Under the pieces are notes generated by a model that was given only the letters and a program-made list of their open reading frames with translations, was not told the origin of the DNA and made no database searches. A DNA stretch of 60,796 nt, filler included, from Catajapyx aquilonaris (Eukaryota): assembly GCA_000934665.2 (NCBI GenBank). It is 4 parts of 4 records of this genome, joined end to end, with 100 filler letters (N's around TTAATTAATTAA, not from the genome) between each part and the next. Parts side by side here need not be neighbours in the genome. Positions count along the whole stretch, not along the records: positions 30,432 to 45,576 come from JYFJ02007602.1; positions 45,677 to 60,796 come from JYFJ02007603.1; 2 more parts are not named here. One strand, 5' to 3'. The position numbers and the translations under genes were made by a program. Each line of letters opens with the position of its first letter. The stretch's first letter is position 1. This document shows positions 37,644 to 49,137 of this stretch, in pieces.

Positions 37644-39606
37644 ATGGCTCCAAACGCTGAAGAGATCAGGAAATGCGTGGTGCCAATGTGCACCAGCAAC
37701 TGCTGCGGAGGAGAAGGAGGAGGAGGAGGAGGGACGTCCTTCTTCCCCTTCCCCAGCCACGAGAAGCTCCGGATGATGTTGGATGCGGTCCATCCTCAAG
37801 CCAGACCATTCCCTGGTCTGCTCTAGACATTTTGACAAGTCAGACCTGGTTTCAACTGGCGACCAAGGATTGAAGCTGAAGGAAAATGCCGTTCCATTGC
37901 TCAACTTGCTGCAACCGACTTCAACTGAAAATGCCCCATGTTTACAACAAGGTTAGAACATACGAATAGTTCGCATGCAAACCATGTCTAAACATAACCT
38001 GAGAAGCACTTGCATGACAACAAATTAACCTGTAAGTGATGAATTATGCATTTTTTGCATTCGGTTTACCTGTGACAATAGGCACATTTCCTCAATTAGC
38101 CGAAACAACAACTGGCTCCAAGGCTGACAACTGGTTCCTCTAAATCTTTCAGTGGTAGAAGCGGACTTAACCACAGCATCGTCACCCCAGTTGATTGACT
38201 TGACCACAGGACCTTCAGATGACGAGTGGGATGCTTTTGATGAGCCACCAGAATCCAATGAAAGGACCCGAGCACCAGCCGATGAACCAGCCAATGACAT
38301 TATTCCAGGTGTCCAAAGTGAACCTTCCACAAACGCCAGAAATGGCAAAGAACATGACTGCGGAAAGGAACAAGATGAAGGCGGGTAGGTTGATTGCAAT
38401 ATTGCGAAATTTTCTAGAATTAATGTGTCACACAACAGTATTTGTGCACATTTGGGTATGATTATTTTCTGTGACTTTAAATGTGGACGAGCCATATGTT
38501 ATTGATTATTATCTAAAATTTTATTCCTGCGTCAGTGTTCGTGTTATTGAGGCATGCCTGTGAAATCGGATCAGGAAAAATGAACTCTCCATATGGCCAA
38601 TTGAAATTGTTACTTTTATGAACCTTATCTATAGTTACAGGAATTTGGGATGCGACTTTCTAAAAATTATTTTTGGCCGAGAGAGATTATGGCTGATGGC
38701 TTCCACTTTCGAAAGAGTTTTTTAAAAATTATCCTGGCAAGGAGCTATTCTTAGACACACTGTGTATTTACCGAAGGATTAATGACTTACCCTCTTTGCA
38801 GGAATTCGGACAACAACATTGTCCCATCCCAGCTGGAATCTCCATCGAAGGGGTCAATGCAGCAGCTCAGAAAGAATGGGAAGATTATGTGCTGCATGCA
38901 TCCATCGACATGGATCGTCCTTAGGCGGTGAGCAAGGAGGCGGCCAGTCAGTCACGTTTGCTTCTTTTCCACCATTGACCAACTTGAAGTGGAGGATATA
39001 TGCTAAGCTCCGCTGTTCCAAGTGTTACGCCCAGTGACATCATTTCAGATTTGCCAGTGCATACAGATGCTCCAAAGGAAAAAAAACAAACCACTTGATT
39101 GTGAGTTGATTGTGGATCATATGTTGAGTCACGACAAAGAAGGAAATAAAGTCGTTCATATGCGATGTGTGCAACAAGGGCTATCGTTATAATATCATTC
39201 ACTTAGGTTTCACAAGAGAACCTGCGTGAAGGAGGGGGAGATTCCCTTGGGTCCTAAGAAGGAATATACTTGTAAGACATGTGGGAAAACATTTGCGAGG
39301 AAGTATCAATTGTACGTTCATTGCTTCACACATGGGCCATGGGTGTGTGAGATATGTTTAAAGTAATTTAATTGGAAGTCCTCTTTTTATACACATCGTT
39401 CCATTCATACGGGAGAGAAGCCCCATTCGTGTGATGTATGTTGGAAATCTTTCAGGCTCAGGGTTGAGTTGACGTCTCATTATACATGAGCCACACTGGG
39501 GAGAAGCCATACAAATGTGACATGCGGTAGAGACTTTCGCCAGAGAGGATCGCTGGCTGCCCATCGCAGGATACACACTGGAAGAAACCTTTTCAATACG
39601 ATAGAT
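37644..39606 (+). pseudogene. THAP-domain plus C2H2 zinc-finger gene, unprocessed pseudogene
   Basis: Exon 1 (37644-37951): CVVPMC..FFPFP, a +1 frameshift near 37779, then WMRSILKPDHSLVCSRHF..LKLKENAVP. Exon 2 is 38152-38384 and exon 3 starts near 38802. Fingers at about 39000-39606 (YTCKTCGKTF..H..H; CEICLK*F; HTGEKPHSCDVC; HTGEKPYKC; HRRIHTG) carry stops and frameshifts. Confidence 0.9.
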
Positions 39607-40339
39607 CCATAGCTAAAGATCACCCAGGCCACACCCCACACCATTGCATTGCATTGGTTGAGGAGTCAATGAAAAATCCGACCTGATGCAATGCACATTC
39701 AAAGTGGACCCCAGGCCGCCCCCAAGCTCCAGGCCGCCATAGCTACTCTCCATCAACCTGAAGCAAAACCTGTCTGACACAGCCCCACCCTAATCCCAGG
39801 CATATGCTGCCATCAGGACTAGACTGCCTCTCTCGCGTGATGTCATCTTGCACAGACATATATTCTCGATTATTAATATGACGATGATTAGACTTCAACC
39901 TGTTGCGACACCTGTGAGTATGGGCTAATTTGAGGCCACTAGATGGTTACCTCGATGATATTGATAATTGATACTACGTATTACCGATTCAGTGACTGAA
40001 AACTCACTATTTACTAAGAGGTGCAGGTTTACTGTAAATACCTACTAGTTGTTGACCAGATCATAGTCATGTTCCCTGGTTTGATGAGAAATTTAAAACT
40101 ATAAAAAGAGAGGCGGTATTGAAAGTCAGGTTTTGGCATAACGATCAATCTCTTTGGTCACTATTATACTTTAATGCAAGGCTCAACAGGACATTAAAAA
40201 AAGAAGAAAAGGGGAAAAAAGAAAAAGTTGTGAATAAATGCTGGTGAATAGAGGTGAATGGACCACATAGCTAACAAAAATAGAACCTTTTAAGTTACCA
40301 TAGTGATTACAGTAGAACCACAGATTACTTAGCAGAAGA

Positions 40340-40786
40340 AGCAAAAACATTACCTTCAGTGAAAAAAAAGGGGTAGTAAGACCTCCGCCGTGGCGGAATG
40401 AAAGTACTGAAACTAGGCAAGTGCATGTAAGACCTTCACCTATTGATTTAAGCTGTATAATAGGTCTTACTCAAGCCATTTCCCATTTACTGCTCGTAAA
40501 GTCTCCTTTCGGAAAATATTAATTTTCCATCAGCCACTTTATACATATAAGTGTGTGTTTTCTGAAATGAGGAACTTCAATATTAAAGATATTGAATTTA
40601 TATACTATTTATGCGAATTTATTGCCATGAAACATTTATGCAGAATCGTCACCTCTTTTAGATGACGATTTAAACATATGTTTAATTTTTCATGTTAAAC
40701 GTAAATTTGTGAATTTTAGAGGGTCTTTTTCGATTGGATTATACATTTTCAGGACGAAAATTTTCAGGTCTGTGAGGATGGGTTAA

Positions 40787-40817
<31 letters not shown>

Positions 40818-41051
40818 TTTAAATAGTTCAAAATAAAACCGTGCTTACGGTTCGCTCGGAGTAGTTTGCAGCAGTAATTTTTACAAGCCGTTCCATTACA
40901 GTACTTCAGAATTGCTTGAGTAAGACCTATGGTACAGTACAGCTTAAATCAATAGGTGAAGGTCTTACGTGTGCCTGCCGTGTTACAGTACTTTCATTCT
41001 GCCACGGCGGAGGTCTTAACCCTTTTTTTCACTGAAGGGAATGTTTATGCT
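40340..41051. mobile_element. Non-autonomous DNA transposon with about 135-bp TIRs
   Basis: 40340-40476 (AAACATTACCTTCAGTGAAAAAAA..TAAGACCTCCGCCGTGGC..TAGGTCTTACTCAAGC) is the reverse complement of about 40914-41051. The superfamily is unclear. Confidence 0.75.
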
Positions 41052-41706
41052 CTTATTTCAGTTCTTTTTTTAAAACCCCTTCGCTACCAGTTATACCGCC
41101 AACGCTTAGATTTTCGCTTACACGTACTCTGATGATAAGGGCAATATATTTTACAAATAATAGCAGCTACAGTACTATACGTAATTATCACACTTACACG
41201 TTTATGCTCTAGTCTACACTATGATTGTGTTGGAGACGATTTTCCTCGCATATACATATCTGCGGCTTGCCTCCGTGTCCGTCACATCTGAAAACTCCCA
41301 AACCTATTTAATCCTCGCGAAATACGATTTCCGCACATTTGTCTGACATGGTTCTCAAGGTAGATATTCCGCATGCTGTAACATAGTTCATAATTAACCC
41401 TGGAACGTGCCGTGCCTACGAGTATTACGGCAACCGTGCCATGGGGTCTTTTCGGACCCCACCATATTTTAATTTTTATTAATTATTATATAATACTTTT
41501 CAATGTATTGACTATATACAACCATTCTTTGAACAATGCCTAAAAGGATCGCTAATTCAAAATAAACCTGCACTTCCTGTTATATAATCTATGATCCCCC
41601 CTATAACGACTTCCAGTTGTATCATGGGGTAATTAAAAAACAAACAAACATGTGATGGATTACTTTTCAACTTAAATAATAGACCACCATCAGTTTTCTA
41701 GTATGG

Positions 41707-41970
41707 TTTTTTTTACTTCGCTCTCTGGTGAGTCAAGGACGCAGGGTAAGGGAAGGGATTTTCGGGAGAGAGGACACATGTGCAAGTGCAATGTCAAGCG
41801 CTGGGCCATGTGCAGTCCCTCAGGAGGTCGTCAGGTTGCCAGACACCTCCAAGGTACCGGTCAGAGACCCTCCTGACGCAGCCAAAAGGGAAATCCCGGG
41901 CGGGAATCGAACCTGGGACCTTTCGATCAGCAAGACGAAACGTTATCATCTCAGCCACCACACCTCCCCC
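41707..41970 (-). mobile_element. tRNA-derived SINE, family B
   Basis: Minus strand has an A box TGGCTGAGATG, a B box GGTTCGATTCC and an A-rich tail. Confidence 0.75.
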
Positions 41971-43815
41971 TAATCCATCACATGTCATGATTTGGGGACA
42001 GCCCGAAGGGCATGGATGCGCGTTGCTATGTGAGTCGATCACGATGGTGCACATACAGACCAATTTGATTAAGTAATAATATGTTGATCAGGTGAATAAA
42101 GGTACATCTTTTCAATTAAGATGATTATAAGTAGTGAAATAATTATACCATCACCATACTGTGGGGGGCACGTGGACTTTTGGCCCACCCTGTACACAGC
42201 AGACACTTTCTGCTCACTTAATGTACCGGTACCAAGCAAGTGAACAGAAGCCACAAAAAATTTTATGATAGTGTAATAATTTGCCCCTCGAAAGTCTTAT
42301 CAAAGCAAAAAAAAATAATAATAATCAAACTAGTTTCACAGCACATTTCATACAGCCTTCAGCATATTCAATCTGGTAAATTATGATTAATGCATAAACA
42401 CACACTACACACGATATGTCACATATTTATTTAATCTTTCACAGCTTCAGTACACAGCATTACTTATTACCTGAGTCGCTGAGTGGCATTATTAATGCCC
42501 AGGAATAATGGACCAAAAATATCGCCAGAAAAAAATGTCTGAATAAATAAGCCCTATGTAAATAATTTGCAAACTACATATTACCGAGACTAGGCCAGGC
42601 TTTTTGTGCACTAAACTGGACGGTCCTAAATCCCCGTTAAGTTTCACCAAGCATGCAGGTTTTTTTGCCGCAGCAAAAAAGTGCAAATCCTTTTACTGTC
42701 AGACCCCATTATTGAGTTCCCGTGAAAGCTCCATTTTTTCTAAACCAGTGCGCCAGAAGTCGTAACATTCCGTCACCTCCAGCAGTAACCTAAAGCAAAA
42801 CAATAGGCATTAATACCGCCCCAAAAATAGATCCGGCCACATCCGACCTAAAAAGTTGTAAACGAATAGCTCCGGGTGGCCATTAGAGTCGTTTTTCATC
42901 GGTGATTTGCGCGCGCGATGGAGTCGTCCTTGCGAGTCCCTGCTGCGTCTGGTACCCCTTGGCCCGAAGATGGGCACAAAAAACAAGAGACTGTAGACAA
43001 TGGAGAGTGGGCTTGCTTCGTAAGGAGCGTGTTAGCGTGTGCAGCGTATATGACTTGGGGACGGCTGACCCCTGTGCCAATAGCTGTGCGGACGCATCCA
43101 TGGCCGTGATCGCACGATCGTCTAGAGGTTGCGTGGATCTATACCAGGCCATCTCTCAGAAGGAAGTGGAGGGGCTGCAGTTGTTTAGGGAGTGTTATCA
43201 AGGTGCGGTTTTTTTGGTAGGGGATGGATGGCTTTTTTTTGGGGCGGGTTGGAACCGTCAGGGGAATGCTGGAATCCTGCTAATGGTGGGCTTGCAGAGG
43301 TTGACCTATGTTGGAAAATGGCATGGGGTAGGCTGGTTGGTCTCCAGTTTCTGGTAATGGAGGCTGGTGGATCGTTTTGGGGGAGTTTAAAAAAAAAAAA
43401 ATTATTTGAAAAGGGTGCTCAATAGAGTGTGGGAGTCATTTTGGGACATCCACCTGACATAATGTGGCCCCCTGCCATAGCAGCATACTCAGAAAGTGTG
43501 CATGTGATGGATCTAGCATGATGTAAATAAGATATTATGACAATTTGCTTTTTATGCAGGAAATGTACACAGTGATATATTGTACAATAATTATAACCAC
43601 AGGTGATTTGCCACAACTGATTGTGAATATAATGTGAATATAATGTACATATTGTGCCATCTGATAATGAACTGCAATATGAACAGTGGCCAACCCTGTT
43701 TAAAAAAAATCAGTACCATATACACACTTGCTCTGGGTTGCCCTATTAGCAAAACTGAATGACTGGTGCTCCATTTGCACAGGGTTCATGTGGCAAATTC
43801 ATGTATGCAATTTGG

Positions 43816-44284
43816 GATACCGAAGCAGGTTGGTGGAGTGGATAAGGCGTCCGACTGCTAATCAGGAGGTCCTGGGTTCGAGTCCCGGGCTGTCAATCCT
43901 GACAGTGGTTTTCTGTGGTCTCCCACGGTCTTCCCAGGAAAATTCTGGGGTCGCTTCCGTAAATAATAGGCCACAGCTGCCCCCTTCCTTTCCTATTCTT
44001 GACCCATCCAAGGGGAGGGGAGGTGTCGGTGGAGGATTTCTGACCCTCACCTAGGGGGTTTTCTTTCAACCTGACCCCTTGGGGGACTGCACACGACCCC
44101 CAACATTAAGACAACACAGTGAACACACTTGCACCAGTGTCCCCTCCTTACAAATCCCTATCCTGATCCCTGCACTGGAGAGGAAAATGTGAAAGACAAT
44201 TCGTAAGAAAAAACGGTGGTATTCCACCCCCATAAGGGAGCCAATGGCTCCAGCATTGGGTAGCAAATTAAAAAAATTAAAAAA
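43816..44284 (+). mobile_element. Chimeric SINE: family A head with a different tail of about 280 bp
   Basis: A box TGGTGGAGTGG and B box GGTTCGAGTCC. It matches family A up to about 44000 and then diverges. A 15-bp TSD ATGTATGCAATTTGG sits at 43801-43815 and 44285-44299. Confidence 0.88.
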
Positions 44285-44978
44285 ATGTATGCAATTTGGT
44301 AAGTGGATAGTTTGGACCCCCTTCTAAGAGGTACACAACATGCATCAAATCAATATTCCCTTCTATATCATCATGGAAATTAGAAGCAACTTGTCTGTGA
44401 GGAAAATTATGCACGTATTTAGAGTCATTGGTGCTATAATAATTATGTGCTGTGTTCGTGCACTAACGGATGGCTAGTGAGACCGTGTGGTGAGAAGTTT
44501 GTTGACCAACAACAACCATCCAATGAGATATAGTTGACCATAGGGGCACATTGCCAAAATATATATGCGTTTTAAAAATTATCCATAATGTCACGAAGAA
44601 GAAAAAAGACAAAAATCCTTGAAACTGAATGGAAGAATAACTCGTATTTTACATTCCTAGTGGATTGGTACCATGAGGTTGCGCAACATGCATATGTCAT
44701 TGGCAAAATTTACCCAATCTAAGTGGGCCAATTCACAGTGACCTGATGATATCGAAATATAAATTGAAAATTTCAGCCATCCTCTGTCATGAACGTAAAC
44801 TCTCAACATCTGCTGCAATGCATTTATTGGTTTCTTTTGAATAAAAAGGCAGCAGTTGACGTTTGAGGAATGTTGTGACTGCAGGACACTGAATCTACTT
44901 CCCTGGCTAGCATCTAGAATTACACAAGGTGATGTGCTTGACAAAAAATTTAAGAATTACTGTGATTAAAATGACTAG

Positions 44979-44981
<3 letters not shown>

Positions 44982-45045
<64 letters not shown>

Positions 45046-45095
45046 TAAAAAAATAATTTTATTTAACTCCCAAAGCCTAGGCCGTATGGGAGGGA
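44982..45095 (-). mobile_element. Extremely 5'-truncated non-LTR retroposon with a (TTA)n tail
   Basis: A 14-bp TSD AAAATGACTAGATA (44968-44981 and 45096-45109) brackets (TAA)n plus about 50 bp containing a CTCCCA..TGGGAG hairpin. Confidence 0.8.
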
Positions 45096-45576
45096 AAAAT
45101 GACTAGATAGTGTGAGATCAATTCTGAGTTCCCACATCAAATGTTGGTTAAATATGGGACATTGGGCTTGCCAAAAAAAGAGAAAAACATCTGCCAAACT
45201 GAAGGTCACATGGCTGTATTACCAGACAATTACCCTTCTGTTTTCACCTGTGTTTATGTGGCAATATTGATTTATTTATTTATTTTATTATCCGGTTCTC
45301 TGACCGTAGGTCGTTTTTGGGGGGACACATAGTCATGATTTACAATTACGAACATAATTGCATTCGTTTACAAACGTTTAAAAAGACGGAATACAAGTGA
45401 AAAATGTTACGGTTAGATAATTATATTATAAAAAACAAATGGTAATAACTAGGGTGGGAGAACAGCAAGTGCAAAGAGCTTAATACTAGGAAGAGTGGAA
45501 AAAACAGCTGGTAGCATAGCAACCGTGTCTCCAATCGACTGACCTGCCACCTGGCGATCGACAGCCAAACTCGATA

Positions 45577-45676
45577 NNNNNNNNNNNNNNNNNNNNNNNN
45601 NNNNNNNNNNNNNNNNNNNNTTAATTAATTAANNNNNNNNNNNNNNNNNNNNNNNNNNNNNNNNNNNNNNNNNNNN
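45577..45676. other. Artificial contig linker
   Basis: N44-TTAATTAATTAA-N44. Confidence 0.98.
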
Positions 45677-45770
45677 GCCCAGGTTAAGGTGTATTGCAAA
45701 GGTCCAAATCAATGAGTCACTCCTATGAAAAAGTATTTCATAACCCGAGCAACGCCGGGTATCCTGCTAG
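45677..45770 (+). mobile_element. Helitron 3' terminus
   Basis: Hairpin CCCGAGCAACGCCGGG followed closely by CTAG^T. Confidence 0.75.
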
Positions 45771-45948
45771 TTACAGGATAAACAGTAACAATATATTATA
45801 ATAAATTACTGTATCACAATACAAAAAATAAACATTTTACAAGGGTTGTCCAACAGTTACTGATACAAAAATTACAGCAGTGTTGCACTGCTGTAATTTT
45901 TGTATCACTCTGGGTACACACTTGAACATTTCACATTCCCTACAACTA

Positions 45949-46882
45949 CTTGCCCTGATCTGAAAATATTGGGACACCCCCAAAAAATGGAGTGGTGGGG
46001 TTATACACAGGATGTGATAAAAAGTTTCCATTAAGATTATCTGGACTTTAGAATGGATAATTATGAATAGTAACAATTGAGCTAGGAGGATACCAAATTT
46101 GAAGTTCATTTGACAGTTAACAACTGAAATAAATACGATTATACCTTGGACAGTGAATTTCTGTGGGGTCTGGTAAAAATTGCTGCCACTCTGTTTATTT
46201 CTTACTTAGCGGGATGTAAATGTTGATAATGAACCTGAGGGGCCGCACAAACCCAAAAACAGTTATGACATTAATTACAAAAAATCTAGCACAAAATTAA
46301 AAAATATTTATCGCAAGTGGATTTTTTCAGAAATTGATACACTTGGCTGTACCACATTTAGCGGTGTTATTTATAAATAAATTAAAATGTGATAGTATTG
46401 TTTATCTAGAACTCAGTCCAATGTGCTATGATAAAAAATTTCATTGCAATTAAAGTAAAATGGCTTTAAATATTCCTTAATTCAAAAATGCACAGAAAAT
46501 GGCATATCTGCAAGCCATGATAAATATTTTTTAATTTTGTGCTAGATTTTTTGTAATTAATGTCATAACTGTTTTTGGGTTTGTGCGGCCCCTCAGGTTC
46601 ATTATCAACATTTACATCCCGCTAAGTAAGAAATTAACATAGTGGCAGCAATTTTTACCAGACCCCACAGAAATTCACTGTCCAAGGTATAATCGTATTT
46701 ATTTCAGTTGTTAACTGTCAAATGAACTTCAAATTTGGTATCCTCCTAGCTCAATTGTTACTATTCATAATTATCCATTCTAAAGTCCAGATAATCTTAA
46801 TGGAAACTTTTTATCACATCCTGTGTATAACCCCACCACTCCATTTTTTGGGGGTGTCCCAATATTTTCAGATCAGAGCAAG
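45949..46882. mobile_element. Fold-back element with nearly perfect arms of about 365 bp
   Basis: 45949-46312 is the reverse complement of about 46519-46882 with very few mismatches. The AT-rich spacer is about 205 bp and both flanks are TA. Confidence 0.9.
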
Positions 46883-46911
46883 TAGATCCTAGATGTAATC
46901 CTCAGCCATTT

Positions 46912-47990
46912 TTAGGACATTTTTCCGTATCTCTGTGGAAGGCTTCTAATGCCGTCAGCAGCATCTTTTGTGGAGGCGTCAGCGACCTGTATAGAGACCG
47001 CCCTAAGGCATGCTTCCCTCATACAGAAACGAAAGCCACATAGGGGTTCCTTCATTTTTGGAGTTGATTGTAGATTTGTACTCACATGTACTGTACTCAT
47101 GTCAGATGAAAAGGGAGGATGTTCCAACAGCTCCCATTCCCATTTCTGAAGAAGTTTCTGAACAGCAATGGCCACAACAATGGAACCCCCCTCTGCAACA
47201 AATCCTTCTTCTGAAGGCGAATTTCTGGGGGTAGATGATGTTGCAACTAGGATGTTGATGCTGCTTTCCAATTTCCCTTGCCAATTCCATGCAGGTCATC
47301 GCTGGTCCATATCCAACAGAGTTGTCAGAGCTTCGACATGGGTTGGGTCTGTTGCTGTACGGGAGGGGACCTTCTTTAAAGCTTGCACCAACCTCGCAAT
47401 GGTACGATACAGGGGCAGTCACCACACACCTGCACAAGACCTTGACGGTGCTTGTCTAGCAGATTTTCCACATGCAACAGGGATCTTGATGAAGCAGGGC
47501 TATCTTAGGGCAATCATGTGGATGGGTACACGTTTAACAGGCACTGTTCCGCACATAATGCTGCTACTGCTTCGCAAATGGTACCATGGGATTCCTCAGG
47601 GTTGACTCTAAAAGTAATGAATATCCCGTGATAGGCCTCCTTGGGCCTGTTAGGGGATCATCTTTTCGTAGTACACCATCTTTAATCATTGCCTGTCCTG
47701 TGATGGATTTTGATTGTAGGAGGAAATGAGAGAGCCCCGAGAAAACTCACGCGAACACGGAGAGAACATATCGCAACTCTATCCACATAATTATGTATCC
47801 TCCGTCCGACCCAGGAATTGAACTCGGGACCTCAGAGGTGGAACGCTACAGCAATAACCACTACACCACCATACCCATGGTTGACTCTAAAAGTACCCAT
47901 CCACATTCAGTCCTAGCAGCCAGAGGTGCAGAGTAGTAACAGTGTTGCCAATAAATGCCGGACAACCATCATACATTGTTCATTTGTGTG
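46912..47990 (-). mobile_element. Degenerate mariner transposase remnant, interrupted by a SINE
   Basis: VQKLLQKWEWELLEHPPFSSDMS..PKMKEPLCGFRF..DGIRSLPQRY matches the mariner HPPYSPDL region. The upstream boundary is approximate. Confidence 0.8.
47617..47878 (-). mobile_element. tRNA-derived SINE, family C
   Basis: A box TGGTGTAGTGG and B box AGTTCAATTCC. A 17-bp TSD GGTTGACTCTAAAAGTA sits at 47600-47616 and 47879-47895. Confidence 0.9.
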
Positions 47991-48157
47991 AATTGTTCAG
48001 TCAATGCAATAGTAAGACCCTACATGGTTGCCTCATGGAGCTCCCTTGTCTTGGTGTGTTCTGGTTGGCAGCAGGCTGATACTAAGTGCTTTCTTGCTCT
48101 GCCCAGCTGTCTCTCACGTCAATGAGGTATGTGATACCATTTTATTTCTCACATATA

Positions 48158-48410
48158 CGGTGTGGTCCAAGTATCGGGGTCCTTTCAGTTATCAGAACTA
48201 TCACCCAAAGCTGTTATCTTTGTGTAGGTTTTTACACCCCAATTAACATGCACAACTATTCCCGTTATATCACCAGCTTCTGTAGGCTATTCGTCCACAT
48301 GTGAGAATAATTGGGCACCATGATAGGGGTACAAAAAGCTACACAAAGATAACAGCTCGTGGCAAAATTTTGGTAACTACAAGAATTCCAATACTTGGAA
48401 CATACTGCAT
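48158..48410. mobile_element. Old palindromic MITE
   Basis: Paired segments CCAAGTAT / ATACTTGG and AGCTGTTATCTTTGTGTAG / CTACACAAAGATAACAGCT. Confidence 0.6.
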
Positions 48411-48469
48411 ATGGTGCACGTACATGTAGGCCTATGATTGGCCATGGCCTGTTCCAGTAGGTTCGCCGG

Positions 48470-48566
48470 TTACCACTGCACTGGGTGAGAATTACAAGGT
48501 CGTATCTGCAATGAAAAGTTAATGTAGTAGTTAAAACCTTGTAATTCTCACCCCGTGACTGGTAAT
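48470..48566. repeat. Short inverted repeat or mini-MITE
   Basis: TTACCA..GGGTGAGAATTACAAGGT ... ACCTTGTAATTCTCACCC..TGGTAA. Confidence 0.6.
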
Positions 48567-48853
48567 CATCACAACTTCATTTATTCACTCCTAATGATCA
48601 CTCCCATAATAAAGAAGCCTACAAAAAAAAAAGCAAATTCCTTTTTCAATGCCACCACAGGCAGCCTGATGTGTAAGGTTAGATTTTGAGGGTGACAGTG
48701 GGGATTTGTGCTGTCAAGAGAGGGAGTCTGTCTCAGGACAAGTTAGACTCTTTAGGATGCTCCTGAAAGTCTCGTAGTTTGTACAGAAACACTGTTTAAC
48801 TGCAACTGAAGACCTCCGGGGAAGAATGACAAAGGTCCAGCTCATGTGAAACT

Positions 48854-49083
48854 TTATAATTGATATTTAAGGAGGTTGGCCCAGCATTGCCTTTCAACCT
48901 CCAAGGATAGGGAAGGAAGGAAGCGGCTGTGGCCTATTATACGGAAGACACCCCGGAATTATCCTAGAATGACCGTGGAAAACCACAGAAAACCACGGTC
49001 AAGGTTGCCGGCCCCAGGATTAGAACCCAGGACCTCCCGATTAGCAGTCGGACGCCTTATCCACTATCCCAACCTGCTTCGGT
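48854..49083 (-). mobile_element. tRNA-derived SINE, family A
   Basis: Aligns with 27997-28226. A 14-bp TSD GCTCATGTGAAACT sits at 48840-48853 and 49084-49097. Confidence 0.9.
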
Positions 49084-49137
49084 GCTCATGTGAAACTGAA
49101 ATATTGCAATTTCAAACTTTGAAGACCCATAGCAATT

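Noticed and set aside
39596..39607. ATAGAT as a possible Helitron 5' terminus enclosing the THAP-ZF gene
   Set aside because: The bases are explained as decayed zinc-finger codons (KPFQ.DR).
41394..42195. Single transposon-like ends (TTAA-CCCTGGAACG at 41394; TTTTGGCCCACCCTG-TA at about 42192)
   Set aside because: No matching second TIR was seen, so no element can be delimited.
43820..43895. tRNA-like A/B-box sequences here and at 28150-28226, 41900-41970, 47800-47878, 49000-49083 and 52766-52840
   Set aside because: They continue into repeat bodies with tails, and most have TSDs, so they are SINE heads rather than tRNA genes.
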